Part shown: positions 24,409 to 32,000 of the stretch, piece after piece | How positions within the stretch are numbered: position 1 is the stretch's first letter | How the letters are laid out: the number at the start of each line of letters is the position of its first letter | Origin: Gammaproteobacteria bacterium | Lineage (GTDB): Bacteria > Pseudomonadota > Gammaproteobacteria > G965277405 | Length of the DNA: 32,000 nt | Direction: 5' to 3' | Assembly: GCA_965277405.1 (NCBI GenBank) | Contig: OZ255726.1 | Coordinates: 1,129,123 to 1,161,122 of the forward strand | Position numbers and translations under genes: made by a program | The notes under the pieces: model-generated | Seen by the model: the letters and a program-made list of their open reading frames with translations, nothing else | Told to the model about the DNA's origin: nothing | Databases searched by the model: none

Positions 24409-26346
24409 ATGGCAAAAAATGTACTGATATGGATCGGGATTGTTCTTGGACTTGTATTTATATTAAGTCAAGAGATGAGCTTTGAGCCGGAACAAGAAAA
24501 TATTTCATATTCAGATTTCCTCACAAGTGTGCGCAATGGAAAATTATCTCAAGTCACCATAGATGGCTATACTATCTCAGGGCAATATCAAAATGGACAG
24601 GGCTTTGAAACAGTTCGACCAGCTGCGCAAGACCCTAAACTAATTGATGATTTGTACAATAATAAAGTTGAAATCGTAGGTAAGTTACCTGAGCAACCGT
24701 CGTTATGGCGACAATTGCTGGTCGCAAGTTTCCCAATAATATTGATGGTAACAATATTTATGTTAGTAATGCGCCAAATGCAAGGAGGCATGGGCGGGGG
24801 GCGATCTGGTGGACCAATGTCGTTTGGGCGCAGTAAAGCGAAATTACTCAGGTCCGATGAAGTCAAAGTAACATTTGCAGATGTTGCAGGAGTCGATGAG
24901 GCAAAAGAAGAAGTCAGTGAATTGGTTGAGTTTCTAAAAGAACCTGCAAAATTTAAAAATTTAGGTGGCAAAATACCGAAAGGGGTGTTGATGTCTGGTT
25001 TACCAGGAACAGGTAAAACCTTATTAGCGAAAGCCATCGCTGGAGAGGCAGATGTGCCATTCTTTAGCATCTCTGGATCGGATTTCGTAGAAATGTTTGT
25101 AGGTGTTGGCGCCTCAAGGGTGCGCGACATGTTTACCCAAGCTCGAAAACAATCACCATGCATTATTTTTATTGATGAGATTGATGCAGTCGGTCGTCAT
25201 CGAGGTGCAGGTATGGGCGGTGGTCACGATGAACGTGAGCAAACATTGAATCAATTGCTTGTAGAAATGGACGGCTTTGATGGACACGAAGGCGTGATTG
25301 TCATTGCCGCCACAAATAGGCCTGATGTACTTGACCCAGCACTTCTTCGACCAGGTAGATTCGACAGGCAGGTCGTAGTTGGGTTGCCAGACATCCGTGG
25401 GAGAACAGAAATTCTGCAGGTTCATACACGTAAAGTACCGATAGATAAAAATGTTAATGTTGAAGTAATCGCGCGTGCAACACCTGGTTTTTCTGGCGCT
25501 GATTTAGCAAATCTCGTGAATGAAGCTGCATTATTTTCTGCGAAAAAAGGTAGGAGAAAAGTCAGCATGGCTGAGTTTGAACAAGCTAAAGATAAAATTT
25601 TAATGGGTGCCGAACGCCGCTCGATGGTGATGAGTGACGAAGAAAAACGCAATACTGCATACCATGAGTCAGGTCATGCAATCGTTGGGAGACTGGTTCC
25701 AGAACATGATCCTGTGTATAAAGTGACTATTATTCCACGTGGTAGGGCACTTGGGGTAACAATGTTCTTGCCAGAAAAAGATAAATACAGCCATAGTAAA
25801 CGTGCAATTGAGAGTCAGATTGCTAGCTTATTTGGTGGGCGAGTAGCGGAAGAATTGACGTTAGGAAGTGATGGTATAACTACAGGTGCATCGAACGATA
25901 TTGAACGCGCCACCAGTCTGGCAAGGAATATGGTTACAAAATGGGGGTTATCTGAGGCAATTGGACCGTTACATTTTGGTGAAGAGAATGAAAATCCATT
26001 TTTGGGCTATTCAGCAGCAAAACAACAAAGCCCAATTGCTAGTGATACAGCAAATAAAATTGATGCCGAAGTAAAGCGCATCATTCAACAATCACACGTT
26101 CGGGCTAAAAAAATTCTGGTTGACAATCGTGATATTTTAGAACTTATGTCGGATGCGCTGATGGAGTATGAAACGCTTGAGTCGAAGCAGATTGACGATA
26201 TTATGAAGAGGATTAAACCCAAGCCCATAGATGAATATAAAGATGATGATAGCGGTAGCGCATCTTCAACAGTTAATAAGCAGAAAAAACCTAAAGCAAT
26301 GAAAACTGATGACTATAAAGGCACAGGGGACCCATCAGTTGCTTAG
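24409..26346 (+). CDS. ftsH: ATP-dependent zinc metalloprotease FtsH
   Basis: Walker [19 protein letters not shown], Walker [33 protein letters not shown], zinc site HESGHAIV. Two N-terminal TM segments. Confidence 0.97.
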   Translation: MAKNVLIWIGIVLGLVFILSQEMSFEPEQENISYSDFLTSVRNGKLSQVTIDGYTISGQYQNGQGFETVRPAAQDPKLIDDLYNNKVEIVGKLPEQPSLWRQLLVASFPIILMVTIFMLVMRQMQGGMGGGRSGGPMSFGRSKAKLLRSDEVKVTFADVAGVDEAKEEVSELVEFLKEPAKFKNLGGKIPKGVLMSGLPGTGKTLLAKAIAGEADVPFFSISGSDFVEMFVGVGASRVRDMFTQARKQSPCIIFIDEIDAVGRHRGAGMGGGHDEREQTLNQLLVEMDGFDGHEGVIVIAATNRPDVLDPALLRPGRFDRQVVVGLPDIRGRTEILQVHTRKVPIDKNVNVEVIARATPGFSGADLANLVNEAALFSAKKGRRKVSMAEFEQAKDKILMGAERRSMVMSDEEKRNTAYHESGHAIVGRLVPEHDPVYKVTIIPRGRALGVTMFLPEKDKYSHSKRAIESQIASLFGGRVAEELTLGSDGITTGASNDIERATSLARNMVTKWGLSEAIGPLHFGEENENPFLGYSAAKQQSPIASDTANKIDAEVKRIIQQSHVRAKKILVDNRDILELMSDALMEYETLESKQIDDIMKRIKPKPIDEYKDDDSGSASSTVNKQKKPKAMKTDDYKGTGDPSVA

Positions 26347-26570
26347 TATAAAATCAGTTGATTATTTTTGATTATATTTATCAAAGGTTCCTTCATAGTT
26401 GAAAATTACAGTAAAAAGCCACAGATATTTTGAAAATTAGCAATTTTTATTTAGATTTATATGTAAAATTCATCCTTTTTAAACCTATTATTCAGTAACA
26501 ACTATGATATACACCAATTATGGTGCATACAGAGATAACTGGGTTACATGGTTTTTGTGTCTTACAATAT

Positions 26571-26647
26571 AGGCGCGTAGCTCAGTTGGTTAGAGCACTA
26601 CCTTGACATGGTAGGGGTCGTTGGTTCGATTCCAATCGCGCCTACCA
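26571..26647 (+). tRNA. tRNA-Val (anticodon GAC)
   Basis: Acceptor AGGCGCG/CGCGCCT, D arm TAGCTCAGTTGGTTAGAGCA, anticodon arm CTACC-TTGACAT-GGTAG, T arm with GGTTCGATTCC. The 3' CCA is encoded. Confidence 0.92.
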
Positions 26648-26695
26648 TTGTATAAAAAAATTATAAGCAATTAGTGACGTTCAACTCTGCGGTAT

Positions 26696-28588
26696 ATGCC
26701 AAAAATTACACTTCCTGATAATACAGTTCTTGATTATCCACACCCGGTTACATTAGGTGAAGTGGCAATTAAAATAGGAGCAGGCTTGGCAAAGGCTGCA
26801 GTAGCTGGCAGCGTCAATGGTAAGCAGCAAGACTTGGATGATGTCATCACACAAGATAGTTCGGTGCTACTGTATACTGCCAAGAACCCAGAAGGAGTTG
26901 CAGTAATTAGACACTCTTGCGCACATTTATTTGGTCACGCAATTAAACAGCTGTTCCCCAATGTACAAATGGCAATTGGCCCCGTAATTGAAAATGGTTT
27001 TTACTACGATATTAAGTATGAGCGGAGCATTACTTTAGCTGAAATGGCAGAAGTTGAGCAACGCATGATGGTACTTGCGAAACAAGCATATGTTGTCAAC
27101 AAAGTTATGACCAAGCGCTGCGAAGCTATTGAAATATTCACAACACGGCATGAACCCTATAAGCTTGAATTAATCAGAGACCTCCCCAATGTTACAGAAT
27201 TTGGCTTATATCACCATCAAGAATACATCGACATGTGTATTGGCCCACATGTTCCGCATATGGGGCATATTAAGGCATTTAAACTGACAAGTATTGCTGG
27301 AGCATATTGGCGCGGTGATGCCAACAATACGGCAATGCAACGCTTTTATGGCACATGTTGGCCCGATACCAAGCAGCTACGCCAATACTTATTTCAACTA
27401 GAACAAGCGCAGCTGCGCGATCACCGTAAACTGGGCAAACATCTTGGTTTATTTCACCAACAAGAAGAAGCACCAGGCATGGTGTTTTGGCATGCAAAAG
27501 GTCAGCTATTATTTTGTTTAATAGAGCAGTATTTGCGGAAAAAATTTAATGATACTGGCTATCAGGAAATCAAAACACCGTTATTGATTGATAAATCGTT
27601 GTGGGAAAAATCTGGGCATTGGGAGAAGTTTCGTGACGACATGTTTGTTACTGATTCTGAAAAAAGAACATTTTGTGTAAAACCAATGAATTGTCCAGGT
27701 CATATTCAAATCTTTAATCAAGGATTAAAAAGCTATAAAGAGCTGCCAATACGCTTTGCGGAATTTGGTGTTGTCCACAGAAACGAAGCCAGCGGGACAT
27801 TACACGGACTGATGCGGTTACGTAGTTTTACCCAAGATGATTCACACGTGTTTTGCAAGGAAGAGCAGCTGCTTGATGAAGTAGGGCAGATGATTGATAT
27901 AATACTCAACGTCTATCAAGACTTCGGTTTTGATGAAGTTGAACTGAAACTATCAACCAGGCCAGCGCAACGTGTTGGCGCTGATGAAATTTGGGATAAA
28001 GCAGAACACGCACTCGCAGCTGCGCTTAATAGCAAAAATCTCACATGGCAAGAGTTGCCAGGAGAAGGCGCATTTTATGGTCCAAAGATTGAGTTTTCAT
28101 TACGAGATTGCTTACATCGAGTATGGCAATGTGGCACAATTCAAGTAGACTTTTCTATGCCAGCAAGACTTGGAGCTGTATACATTGATAGCGATAATAG
28201 CAAGCGCGTACCAGTTATGATTCACCGAGCAGTGCTTGGTTCAATTGAACGTTTTATAGGAATTTTGATTGAGCACTATGCAGGCAAGCTGCCAGTTTGG
28301 TTGGCACCGGTACAATGTGTTATTTTACCAATTTCCGAACATCAACATCAGTATGCCGAATCAGTACAAACGCAATTGCGAGTATTAGGCGTGCGTAGCG
28401 AGACCGATATGCGCGCTGAGAAAATAAATTATAAAATTCGTAACCACAGTATGAACAAAACGCCATATTTATTTATTGTTGGTGACGCAGAGCAGCAAAA
28501 AAACAGCGTGCGAGTCCGCGAGCAAAATGGCACAGACTTGGGTGAATTGTCACTTGAGTCCGCACAAAAACTATTTCTTGCAAAATGA
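26696..28588 (+). CDS. thrS: Threonine--tRNA ligase
   Basis: 630 aa. N-terminal TGS-like MPKITLPDN..., class II core FRDDMF, VKPMNCPGH, RLRSFTQDDSHVFC, HRAVLGSIERFIGILIEHYAGKLPVWLAP. Confidence 0.96.
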   Translation: MPKITLPDNTVLDYPHPVTLGEVAIKIGAGLAKAAVAGSVNGKQQDLDDVITQDSSVLLYTAKNPEGVAVIRHSCAHLFGHAIKQLFPNVQMAIGPVIENGFYYDIKYERSITLAEMAEVEQRMMVLAKQAYVVNKVMTKRCEAIEIFTTRHEPYKLELIRDLPNVTEFGLYHHQEYIDMCIGPHVPHMGHIKAFKLTSIAGAYWRGDANNTAMQRFYGTCWPDTKQLRQYLFQLEQAQLRDHRKLGKHLGLFHQQEEAPGMVFWHAKGQLLFCLIEQYLRKKFNDTGYQEIKTPLLIDKSLWEKSGHWEKFRDDMFVTDSEKRTFCVKPMNCPGHIQIFNQGLKSYKELPIRFAEFGVVHRNEASGTLHGLMRLRSFTQDDSHVFCKEEQLLDEVGQMIDIILNVYQDFGFDEVELKLSTRPAQRVGADEIWDKAEHALAAALNSKNLTWQELPGEGAFYGPKIEFSLRDCLHRVWQCGTIQVDFSMPARLGAVYIDSDNSKRVPVMIHRAVLGSIERFIGILIEHYAGKLPVWLAPVQCVILPISEHQHQYAESVQTQLRVLGVRSETDMRAEKINYKIRNHSMNKTPYLFIVGDAEQQKNSVRVREQNGTDLGELSLESAQKLFLAK

Positions 28589-28695
28589 CTACTGCGCGAA
28601 GTTGCGTATTTCGTGTAATATTATTCAGATACATTCGTCCACAACTACAAACCATGCGATGATTATTATATTGCTTTTAAAAAAGGAGTAGCACC

Positions 28696-29217
28696 ATAGC
28701 CAAACAAAAAAAAAGATTAGTTAACGAAGACATTGAAGCTGTAACCTTACGCGTAATCGATGAGGTTGGTAAACAAGTAGGTGTTATGGACAGAGAGCAG
28801 GCATTGCAGCTTGCTAAAAGTAAATCACTGGACTTGCTGCTGATTGCAGACATGGGGGAACCGCCAGTCGCCAAGATTATTGATTACGGCAAATATCTTT
28901 TCGACGCAAAAAAGAAAAAAAGCGCTTCACAGAAAAAGCAACATCAGACACAATTGAAAGAAATAAAAATCCGCCCAGGCACCGAAGAAAGTGACTATCA
29001 GGTAAAAATTCGCAACCTGACTCGTTTCCTTAATGATGGTGATAAGACAAAAGTAACATTACGTTTTCGTGGTCGAGAGATGGCGCATACGGAATTAGGC
29101 AGAAAAATGCTCGAACGCATTAAGCTTGATCTCGATGAACATGGAGACGTTGAACAGATGCCTGAGCTTGAAGGAAGACAAATGATTATGATTTTGTCGC
29201 CAAAACGTAAAAACTAA
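28696..29217 (+). CDS. infC: Translation initiation factor IF-3, with a non-canonical ATA start
   Basis: The conserved IF3 N-terminus (RLVNEDIEAVTLRVIDEVGKQVGV) lies upstream of the first ATG (28786). In frame, between the stop at 28678-80 and 28786, the only plausible start is ATA 28696, which sits 7 nt after GGAG (28685-28688). C-terminal block: KEIKIRPGTEESDYQVKIRNLTRFL...LRFRGREMAH. Confidence 0.8.
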   Translation: MAKQKKRLVNEDIEAVTLRVIDEVGKQVGVMDREQALQLAKSKSLDLLLIADMGEPPVAKIIDYGKYLFDAKKKKSASQKKQHQTQLKEIKIRPGTEESDYQVKIRNLTRFLNDGDKTKVTLRFRGREMAHTELGRKMLERIKLDLDEHGDVEQMPELEGRQMIMILSPKRKN

Positions 29218-29240
29218 AATTAACTTAATGCGAGCATTAT

Positions 29241-29435
29241 ATGTCAAAAATTAAATCAAATCGTGGGGCTGCCAAGCGTTTTAAGGCGCGGGCAAACTAC
29301 ATCAAACGTAAACAGTCGTTCCTACGGCACATTCTTACTAAAAAGTCCACAAAACGTAAACGGGCACTACGACCTAAACTAGCTGTGCATAAATCTGATG
29401 TGGCATCGATCAAACGAATGCTTCCAAATCTATAA
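29241..29435 (+). CDS. rpmI: 50S ribosomal protein L35
   Basis: 64-aa basic protein [15 protein letters not shown]..., located between infC and rplT. Confidence 0.95.
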   Translation: MSKIKSNRGAAKRFKARANYIKRKQSFLRHILTKKSTKRKRALRPKLAVHKSDVASIKRMLPNL

Positions 29436-29447
29436 TTAGGAACTGAC

Positions 29448-29810
29448 ATGCCAAGAGTAACAAGATCTGTTGTCGCCCGCGCTAAACATAAAAAAATTTT
29501 AAAACAGGCTAAAGGATATTATGGGGCGAGGAGCAGAGTATTTCGCGTTGCCAAACAAGCCGTTATTAAAGCCAAACAATATGCATACCGAGATCGGCGC
29601 AATAAAAAAAGAGACTTTCGTAGACTGTGGATTGTGCGTATTAACGCAGCAGCGCGTATGTATGATATGACCTATAGCCAATTTATTCATGGTCTTCATA
29701 CAGCAGAAATAGCGATCGATCGCAAGATTCTTGCAGATATTGCGGTACACGACCTTGCGGCATTTGCAGAATTGATTGCAAAAATCAAGCAAGCTGCACC
29801 TAATAAGTAA
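29448..29810 (+). CDS. rplT: 50S ribosomal protein L20
   Basis: [42 protein letters not shown]...[24 protein letters not shown]. Confidence 0.97.
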   Translation: MPRVTRSVVARAKHKKILKQAKGYYGARSRVFRVAKQAVIKAKQYAYRDRRNKKRDFRRLWIVRINAAARMYDMTYSQFIHGLHTAEIAIDRKILADIAVHDLAAFAELIAKIKQAAPNK

Positions 29811-29836
29811 CGTTTATCAAGTAGAGATAGCAACGC

Positions 29837-30859
29837 ATGGAGCAAATCCAGGCTATACAACAGCATGCGCAAACATTAATTGAAGCAGTAGCTTCTTTGC
29901 AGGATGTAGAGCGTGTCCGCACCAAGGTGACTGGTAAGCAGAGCCAACTTACACAGGCATTTAGAGCGCTGAAATCGCTACCGCCAGCAGAAAAGACCCA
30001 AGTTGGTGCCGCCTTAAATGTTGCAAAGAATTATGTGCATGATTTGTTGAAAAACAAAGAAGCAATGCTGCAACAAGAGTATTACCAACAACAAATGAAA
30101 CGTGAAGCTATTGACGTTACTTTGCCTGGAATATCCAGAAACTCAGCGGGGGTTCATCCAATCACAGCAACACGTAGAAAAGCAGAAGCGATATTTCAGT
30201 CCATGGGATGTGTGATTGAGACAGGACCAGAAATAGAAGATGAATACCATAATTTTACGGCATTAAACTTGCCTGAATTGCACCCGTCGCGTGACTTGAT
30301 GGACACATTTTATATTGCTGATGATTTAGTATTGCGTACACATACATCACCGGTGCAAGTAAGAACAATGGAGTCTCAAGCACCGCCGATACAAATGATT
30401 TGCCCAGGTCGGGTGTATCGTTGTGATTCTGATGTCACCCATACTCCAATGTTTCATCAAATAGAAGGATTGATCGTTGATCAAGGGATTGGGTTCGCCC
30501 ACTTGAAAGGTTGTATGGATACATTTCTACAAGCTTTTTTTGGGTCATCGGTACGTAGCCGCTTTCGATCATCATATTTTCCATTTACCGAGCCGTCAGC
30601 AGAAGTTGATGTGAGTTGTGTGAATTGTGATGGTATAGGTTGTCGCGTTTGTGCGCATACAGGTTGGATAGAAATACTCGGTTGCGGAATGGTCAATCCA
30701 AAAGTATTGCGTATGTCTAATATAGATGCTGATAAATACACGGGTTTTGCGTTTGGAATTGGGATAGAGCGCTTAGCAATGCTAGATTTACATGTCGCAG
30801 ACATTCGTTTGTTGTATGAAAACGAGCGCACATTTTTACAACAATTCATCGCTGAGTAA
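29837..30859 (+). CDS. pheS: Phenylalanine--tRNA ligase alpha subunit
   Basis: Class II motifs HPSRDLMDTFY, FPFTEPSAEVDV and GFAFGIGIERLAML. Length 340 aa. Confidence 0.96.
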   Translation: MEQIQAIQQHAQTLIEAVASLQDVERVRTKVTGKQSQLTQAFRALKSLPPAEKTQVGAALNVAKNYVHDLLKNKEAMLQQEYYQQQMKREAIDVTLPGISRNSAGVHPITATRRKAEAIFQSMGCVIETGPEIEDEYHNFTALNLPELHPSRDLMDTFYIADDLVLRTHTSPVQVRTMESQAPPIQMICPGRVYRCDSDVTHTPMFHQIEGLIVDQGIGFAHLKGCMDTFLQAFFGSSVRSRFRSSYFPFTEPSAEVDVSCVNCDGIGCRVCAHTGWIEILGCGMVNPKVLRMSNIDADKYTGFAFGIGIERLAMLDLHVADIRLLYENERTFLQQFIAE

Positions 30860-30870
30860 AGTAAAACGCA

Positions 30871-32000
30871 ATGAAGTGTTCTACCCAGTGGTTACAGGCG
30901 CATCTGCAAAGCGATGAATCAATTGAGCAAATAGCTGAAACTCTGTCGTTTGCAGGGTTAGAGGTTGATTCACTACAAGCGGTTGCTGCAAAATTTGATG
31001 ATGTCGTGGTGGCAGAGATACAAGAGGTAATACAGCACCCCAACGCTGATACCCTTAAACTGTGCAAGGTATTTGATGGAATACAGCGCTATCAAATTGT
31101 TTGTGGAGCGACTAATGTTCGTGTAGGTTTGCGTACAGCCTTGGCGAAAATAGGCGCGGTTCTTCCTGGAAACCTTATTATTAAGAAATCTCATATTCGT
31201 GGAGAAGAATCGTTGGGGATGATGTGTTCAGTCCGCGAGCTGACGCTAGGTGAAGATCATGATGGCATTGTTGAAATCGATGCAAATATAGCGCTTGGCA
31301 GCAATATATATGAGTATTTCCAACTCGATGATCAAATCATTGAAATTGGCGTAACACCAAACCGTGGCGACTGCTTAAGTGTCGCAGGCATCGCCAGAGA
31401 CATTGCTGCTCAGCAGCAATGCGCGCGGATCACGCCAAAAATAACACCAGTTGTAGCTAGCACAAGCTCAGCAATAGCTGTGAATGTGCATGCAACAGCA
31501 GCATGTCCAGTATTCTGTTTACGTGTTATTGATGGTATTGACCATGATGCGCAAACACCACTTTGGATGCGTGAACGGTTGCGGCGCAGTGGGGTGCGTT
31601 TAGTAAGCCCTATAGTGGATATTACCAATTATGTTATGTTGGAAATCGGCCAACCCATGCATGCATTTGAACGTGGTGCTTTTGCTGAAACGTTGCATGT
31701 GCGCTGGGCTGGTGCGGATGAACAAGTGCAACTGCTCAATGGTAAAACAATTAAACTTAGTACAGATGAACTAGTGATAGCCAACGATACCCAAAACGAT
31801 ACCCAAGCTGTGGCGCTTGCTGGTGTTATGGGCAGCTTGCAATCAGAAGTATCGAGCAAATCGACGTCAATTGTGCTTGAAGCCGCGCATTTTATTCCAA
31901 ATGTGATTCGCGGGAAAAGCCGCAAATTCTCTTTAAATTCCGAAGCTTCAATGCGGTTTGAGCGTGGCGTGGATTATACATTGCCGCAGCAGGCAATTGA
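30871..32000 (+). CDS. pheT: Phenylalanine--tRNA ligase beta subunit, N-terminal part (continues past the window end)
   Basis: My own translation from ATG 30871: MKCSTQWLQAHLQSDESIEQIAETLSFAGLEVDS...VVAEIQEVIQHPNADTLKLCKV...GEESLGMMCS...IEIGVTPNRGDCLSVAGIARD. The frame is open to base 32000. It is absent from the ORF track because there is no stop. Confidence 0.93.
   Translation, partial: MKCSTQWLQAHLQSDESIEQIAETLSFAGLEVDSLQAVAAKFDDVVVAEIQEVIQHPNADTLKLCKVFDGIQRYQIVCGATNVRVGLRTALAKIGAVLPGNLIIKKSHIRGEESLGMMCSVRELTLGEDHDGIVEIDANIALGSNIYEYFQLDDQIIEIGVTPNRGDCLSVAGIARDIAAQQQCARITPKITPVVASTSSAIAVNVHATAACPVFCLRVIDGIDHDAQTPLWMRERLRRSGVRLVSPIVDITNYVMLEIGQPMHAFERGAFAETLHVRWAGADEQVQLLNGKTIKLSTDELVIANDTQNDTQAVALAGVMGSLQSEVSSKSTSIVLEAAHFIPNVIRGKSRKFSLNSEASMRFERGVDYTLPQQAI

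Noticed and set aside
1-32000. CRISPR arrays, rRNA genes, integrases/transposases, toxin-antitoxin pairs
   Set aside because: I found no regularly spaced direct repeats, no rRNA-like sequence, and no ORF with recombinase, transposase or TA-like motifs in any frame of the track.

Overview
The window is a compositional mosaic. (1) Bases 1 to ~5380 are GC-rich (about 55-60% in hand-counted lines). This block holds the 3' end of a WecB-type UDP-GlcNAc 2-epimerase gene, a 28-codon stub of an NAD-dependent epimerase, and a CUT2-type sugar ABC transporter (binding protein, permease, double-ABC ATPase, permease). The binding-protein gene has an in-frame TAA inside what reads as its Tat signal peptide. 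(2) The rest is AT-richer and looks like gammaproteobacterial housekeeping DNA: two tandem Pal/OmpA-like lipoproteins, tRNA-Leu(UAA), hemB-murB-argJ-mutS, pmbA on the opposite strand, ftsH, tRNA-Val(GAC), and thrS-infC-rpmI-rplT-pheS-pheT (pheT runs off the window). Three diverged copies of a ~270-300 bp repeat bounded by terminal inverted repeats (MITE-like) sit in intergenic regions. (3) The most interesting part lies between pmbA and ftsH (16.4-24.2 kb). It is a translationally coupled operon encoding a TPR lipoprotein, a 670-aa membrane-anchored protein with clear FliG middle and C-terminal domain motifs, flagellar-type MotA and MotB, a MoxR AAA+ ATPase, a DUF58 protein, a small TM protein, a BatA-like VWA membrane protein, and then a type IV pilin. 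No other flagellar genes are in the window. I know of no characterised system that combines a stator, a FliG-like rotor element fused to a transmembrane/periplasmic module, and a MoxR-VWA module, so this is my candidate novel system. All calls rest on reading the translations and the DNA by eye; no database search was run.
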